A stretch of 26,393 nucleotides of DNA from Octopus sinensis. Its lineage: Eukaryota. Both the position numbers and the translations under genes were made by a program. Under the pieces are notes generated by a model. It ran no database searches. It was not told where the DNA came from and saw only the letters and a program-made list of their open reading frames with translations. The DNA lies in assembly GCF_006345805.1 (NCBI RefSeq), contig NW_021834746.1:1-26393 (forward strand), given 5' to 3'. Shown piece by piece: positions 22,553-26,393 of the stretch (positions are counted from its first letter, which is position 1; every line of letters starts with the position of its first letter).

Positions 22553-22790
22553 GGTACTATTTAAGAAGAGTGGTCCTGGTGCGCATAGTCGTGCATCCAC
22601 GCTAGCTAGTTGTGACTAGTCGAACCTGCAACGGCTACCTAGCAAAGTAAATAAAACAAAATAAATAATTTTTTTAAACAAAGTAAATAAAACAAAAACA
22701 CAAAGTAAGGATCGACTAGTCACCACTAGCTAGCGTGGATGCATGAGTACACGAGTGCTCGCACCAGGACCACTCTTCTTAAATAGTACC
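22553..22790. mobile_element. MITE with ~70-bp TIRs (GGTAC termini, Merlin-like)
   Basis: GGTACTATTTAAGAAGAGTGGTCCTGGTGCG...TGCATCCACGCTAGCTAGTTGTGACTAGTCGA is mirrored by TCGACTAGTCACCACTAGCTAGCGTGGATGCA...CGCACCAGGACCACTCTTCTTAAATAGTACC, with an A-rich spacer. The TSD is imperfect (GATACTTT left, aat-AATACTTT right). Confidence 0.88.
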
Positions 22791-23156
22791 AATAATACTT
22801 TCGATAATGTAGTTTCCAAAATACATAAGACAAAGGTGGTCATGAATGGCGTGCCTTTGAGGATAGGTTTGCTCAGACAAGGCCGATTTGGGGACTTCCC
22901 AACCACAACGTGGTAACTGCTGGGATAACAAGCATCTTAGACACATACGGGGATGTGGGGCATCAAACTATACCGTGTGAACCATATCTGACCGATGGCA
23001 TCATTTCAGTTGGCCACGTTTATTAAGTACGTAACATTACATACAGTAATTTTTTGTTTAACTAATTTTTGGTTAGTGATCAATAAAATTCACTATCAAG
23101 AAATAACAGAAAAAGAGCACATTTTTGTAATGTCTTCAAATGAACCAATGTTTTAG

Positions 23157-23300
23157 CATCATCATACAGGTAATATCTGTGTTCCATACAAACATGAATT
23201 GAATGATCTGACTGTATCCAATGACTCAGAAGGCTGAATTGGTCTCCAGTGTCTGCTTTGGCAAGTGGTCTATGGCTGGATGCTCTTCCTAATGCCAACA
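23157..23300 (-). mobile_element. Diverged 3' fragment of repeat family C
   Basis: CATCATCAT tail and GGCTGGATGCTCTTCCTAATGCCAAC match the 24429-24801 copy. Confidence 0.55.
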
Positions 23301-23320
23301 ACTTGACAAAGTGTATTATC

Positions 23321-23470
23321 TTTTACTTGTTTCAGTCATTTGATTGCAGCCATGCTGAGACACCACCTCAAAGAATTTTAATCGAATGAATCAACTCCAG
23401 TAATTTGTTTTTAAGCCTTGTACTTATTTTATCAGTCTCTTTTGCTGAAGTTATGGGGGTGTAAACACAC
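23321..23470 (-). mobile_element. SINE family B, 3' fragment
   Basis: TTTTACTTGTTTCAGTCATTTGATTGCAGCCATGCTG is the reverse complement of the family B tail. Confidence 0.75.
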
Positions 23471-23490
23471 TGAGTGTGTTTATAGAGTGA

Positions 23491-24104
23491 GGAGACCTAT
23501 TGAGTCAAGTACATCATCAAAATGAAAATCAAATGGATATTGTAGTTATGATACCCGTGCCGGTGGCACGTTGGGCCTCACAGAGATAATGACGAAAGAC
23601 CGAGACCTCTGAGATATGCCATGACTGCGAAGACTCAACAAATGAAGTGAGTTCATGGCTCGCAGTATGGCCTGCTGTGCTAACCTTGGATCGTAGGGTG
23701 ACCCGCTGTGCTTGAAGAGACCTATTGAGTCAAGTACATCAATATCAAAATAAGAATCAAATGGAAATTGTAGTTATGATACCCATGCTGGTGGCACATA
23801 AAAAGCACCATCCGAACGTGGCTGATGCCTGTGCCACCTGACTGGTGTCCATGTCGGTATCACGTAAAAAGCACCAACCGATTGTGGCCGTTGCCAGCCT
23901 CGTCTGGTATCTGTGCCGGTGGCACATAAAAAGCACCCACTACACTCACAGAGTGGTTGACGTTAGGAAGGGCATCCAGCTGTAGAAACACTGCCAGATC
24001 AGACTGGAGCCTGGTGCAGCCTTCAGGCTTCCCAGACCCCAGTTGAACCGTCCAACCCATGCTAGCATGGAAAACAGACGTTAAACGATGATGATGATAA
24101 TGAT
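23491..24104 (+). mobile_element. Retroposon family C with internal tandem subrepeats and (GAT)n tail
   Basis: Repeated GGTGGCAC.TAAAAAGCACC units ~65-70 bp apart, then GTTAGGAAGGGCATCCAGCTGTAGAAA and tail CGTTAAACGATGATGATGA. An ~80-bp block GAGACCTATTGAGTCAAGTACATCA.. is duplicated at ~23492 and ~23717. Confidence 0.8.
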
Positions 24105-24428
24105 GGGTACTCCTGAATGCTGTACTTGTGCTGCTTCTCTACTCTTGTATGTTTATTCTTTATCTTTATTTCTGTTGTACTACATCTACTTCAGTAGGCT
24201 TCTTGAGTATGTGGTGATAGCTAGTATGGTGCAGAGCAGAGATAAGATCCTGACCGTTCGTGACATCCAACCCATTTTCTCATTCTCTTGTTAAAATTAT
24301 CAAACCTTACTTTACTGATAGCATTAAGCAGTCTTGAGAGATAGATGTCTATGTAGCAAGATTCTGATTACTCCCTCTCCTGCACCAACCCTCTGTGTGT
24401 GTGTGTGTGTTAATCAGGTCAGGCTTTG

Positions 24429-24801
24429 TCATCATCATCGTTTAATGTCTGCTTTCCATGCTAGCATGGGTTGGACGGTTCAACTGGGGTCTGGGAAGCC
24501 AGAAGGTTGCACCAGGCCCAGTCTGATCTAGCAATGTTTCTACAGCTGGATGCCTTTCCTAATGCCAACCACTCTGTGAGTGTAGTGGGTGCTTTTTACG
24601 TGCCACCGGCACAGGACCAGTTGAGGCTGGCAAACGGCCACGATCGGATGGTGCTTTTTATGTGCCACCGGCATGGAGGCCAGACAAGGCTGACAACATC
24701 CTTTATCGGATGGTGCTTTTTACGTGCCACTGGCACGGAGGCCAGTCGGGGCGGGGCTGGCAACGGCCATGTTCAGATGGTTCTCTTACATGCCACCGGC
24801 A
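24429..24801 (-). mobile_element. Retroposon family C, antisense copy with four ~62-bp subrepeats
   Basis: Reverse complement of ~23790-24097. GGTGCTTTTTA.GTGCCAC.GGCA recurs at ~24588, 24649, 24712 and, degenerate, at 24779. Confidence 0.85.
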
Positions 24802-25009
24802 GTTAAAATTCTTCCAAGGTCAACATTGCCTGTCATCCTTCTGCAATGCCAGTGATAAGTTGAGTCAGTTCACTGCCGGTGTTCCTCCCTACCTGCAATT
24901 TGACCTTGTTTAGTCTTAGCTCGACTCTGATTCCAATGGTCAAAAACTTTTCCAGATATTTTTGTGTAACAAAGAACTCCACTGTTTGCTGTGTCTTTCC
25001 TCTCTTAAA

Positions 25010-25545
25010 CCCTTCAGCATTCAGATTACTCTATCAAATTTAATGCTTATTTACTTACTTTGTCTGGAATTGGAAGAAGAGGAGACCCCCTTCGGTCATG
25101 AATGACCATGGGATTGCACCTAGAAAGTTACCCTTTAAGGCACAAGTCCGGGCAAGGTTGTTTATGGAAGACAAGCAGTCGCCCATGCATACTGGCCTCC
25201 CCTCTCCACACCACTGATGTGATCCAAGGGAAAGGCAAAGGCTAATACAGCTTGGCACCAATGATGTCACAACTCATTTCTACAGCTGAGTTAACTGGAG
25301 CAACGTGAAATATAGTGTATTGCTCAAATATAGTGAATCGAACTCACAACCTCACGATCTAACCACTGAGCCATGCGCCTTCACTTTGTCTGGAATTATT
25401 CATGCATTACCTCATGGCTTTGAGGTTTCAACGATGTGATTGTTTACTTTTAGAATGACATTGTAGGGTAGGTGTGAAAGGCTGGTTCGAACATAAATCA
25501 AGTGGAATATTTTGGCTGGATACGTCCAGTTTAAATGCTAGAGGG
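25010..25545. mobile_element. piggyBac-like MITE interrupted by a SINE
   Basis: Ends ttaaaCCCTTCAGCATT ... AATGCTAGAGGGctaa resemble TTAA-CCC...GGG-TTAA, but are degenerate. Confidence 0.6.
25072..25382 (-). mobile_element. tRNA-derived SINE family D with 15-bp TSD
   Basis: Minus-strand head GGCGCATGGCTCAGTGGTTAG..GTGAGTTCGATTC (A/B boxes, internally deleted). Flanked by ACTTTGTCTGGAATT at 25057-25071 and 25383-25397. Confidence 0.85.
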
Positions 25546-25652
25546 CTAAAGATGAAAGAGGGTAATTAGGTTGCTATTTCTAACAGACCAGATAATCATG
25601 TTGAGGCTTTTGTGTGTGTGTAATGACCAATTATTATTATTCTATTTTTCAG

Positions 25653-25783
25653 GCGCCAGTTCCGGTATTGGTGCAGCCACGGCTGCATTATTTTCCAAAC
25701 TTGGGGCACAGCTTGCCATTACTGGTCGAAAGGAAAATAACTTGCAAAAGACAGGAGACCAGTGCCAAATACATGGAGCAAAG
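25653..25783 (+). CDS. Short-chain dehydrogenase/reductase, coding exon 2; gene presumably continues beyond the window
   Basis: Acceptor TTCTATTTTTCAG at 25652 and donor AAG|GTAAAA at 25784. Joined in phase with exon 1 it gives KVALITGASSGIGAATAALFSKLGAQLAITGRKENNLQKTGDQCQIHGAK, containing the TGxxxGIG Rossmann NAD(P)-binding motif. Confidence 0.93.
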
Positions 25784-25927
25784 GTAAAAAAGAAAACTGT
25801 GAGGAATGGGTGTATATTTTACTTTGTTTAACATAGTGGTTCTTAACCAGGGTCCATGTGACCACTGGGGATCCCTATAAGATTTTGTGGAATTCACATA
25901 AACGAAAGAGTTGAGGAATTATGTATG

Positions 25928-26258
25928 TTATTTACATTCAATGGATATTTGTCCTCATCTTGATTGTTGTTAACACAACGTTTTGGCTGATATACCCTCC
26001 AGCCTTTTTCATGGGCATATGGAGTAGTGGTTAAGAGCATGGGCTACTAACTCCAAGATTCCGAGTTCGATTCCAAGCAGTGACCTGAACAATAACAATA
26101 ATAATAATGGTAATAACATCGAAAATAAATACCTTAGGAATGAGAACCCAGGTTCGAAATTTCCCCAAGACACCTGAAGAAGGCTGGAGGGTATATCAGC
26201 TGAAATGTTGTATTAACAACAAACAAGATGAGGACAAATATCTGTCGAATGTAAATAA
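25928..26258 (+). mobile_element. tRNA-headed short retroelement with a hammerhead-ribozyme-like 3' part and an ~84-bp inverted terminal duplication (Penelope-like architecture)
   Basis: Arms 25928-26011 and 26175-26258 are imperfect inverted repeats. The tRNA-like head at 26013-26085 has TAGTGG and GAGTTCGATTCC, followed by an (AAT/AAC)n linker. The motif ACAC-CTGAAGA-AGGCTG-loop-CAGCT-GAAA lies at 26170-26205. Confidence 0.7.
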
Positions 26259-26393
26259 TGTAAAATTTTAGGATTGTCTTTCATTCCTTATTTGGCCATA
26301 GTTAGTCAACTAATAGTTAGTTCTCATCATTAACAATGATATTTAATTAAATTTTTTTGGCTTTACTATTTCAAGTAAGATAGCATCTACCTT

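Noticed and set aside
25571-25831. 86-aa ORF as a complete gene
   Set aside because: Only 25653-25783 is exonic. The flanks are intron sequence bounded by canonical AG and GT.
25834-25900. hAT/Charlie-like MITE end (TAGTGGTTCTTAACC..)
   Set aside because: No matching second terminus or TSD was found in the window, so it is too weak to annotate.
26013-26085. Functional tRNA gene
   Set aside because: A and B boxes are present, but the acceptor and anticodon stems pair poorly and no T-run terminator follows. It is better explained as a SINE head.

Overview
Eukaryotic, repeat-rich genomic DNA, most likely from an octopus or other cephalopod (inferred from the SINE families). Positions 1-~8146 are a GC-rich tandem satellite of about 52 monomers of 156-157 bp, with higher-order structure. 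The array runs directly into the left arm of a ~715-bp inverted-repeat, MITE-like element (8114-8827). The outer ~32 bp of that element's TIR and its probable TSD recur in every satellite monomer. The rest of the window is a mosaic of tRNA-derived SINEs (some nested, trimerised or inverted), several MITEs, a decayed RLE-type retrotransposon fragment and microsatellites. Two host genes lie head-to-head: an FHA-domain gene with an uninterrupted ORF (18575-19438, minus) and the first two coding exons of a classical short-chain dehydrogenase/reductase (21267-21309 and 25653-25783, plus). Near the right end is a small element combining a tRNA-like head, a hammerhead-ribozyme-like motif and an inverted duplication of its 3' end, an architecture reminiscent of Penelope-like elements. 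Nearly all short ORFs in the supplied track are spurious. Repeat boundaries were read by eye and are approximate.
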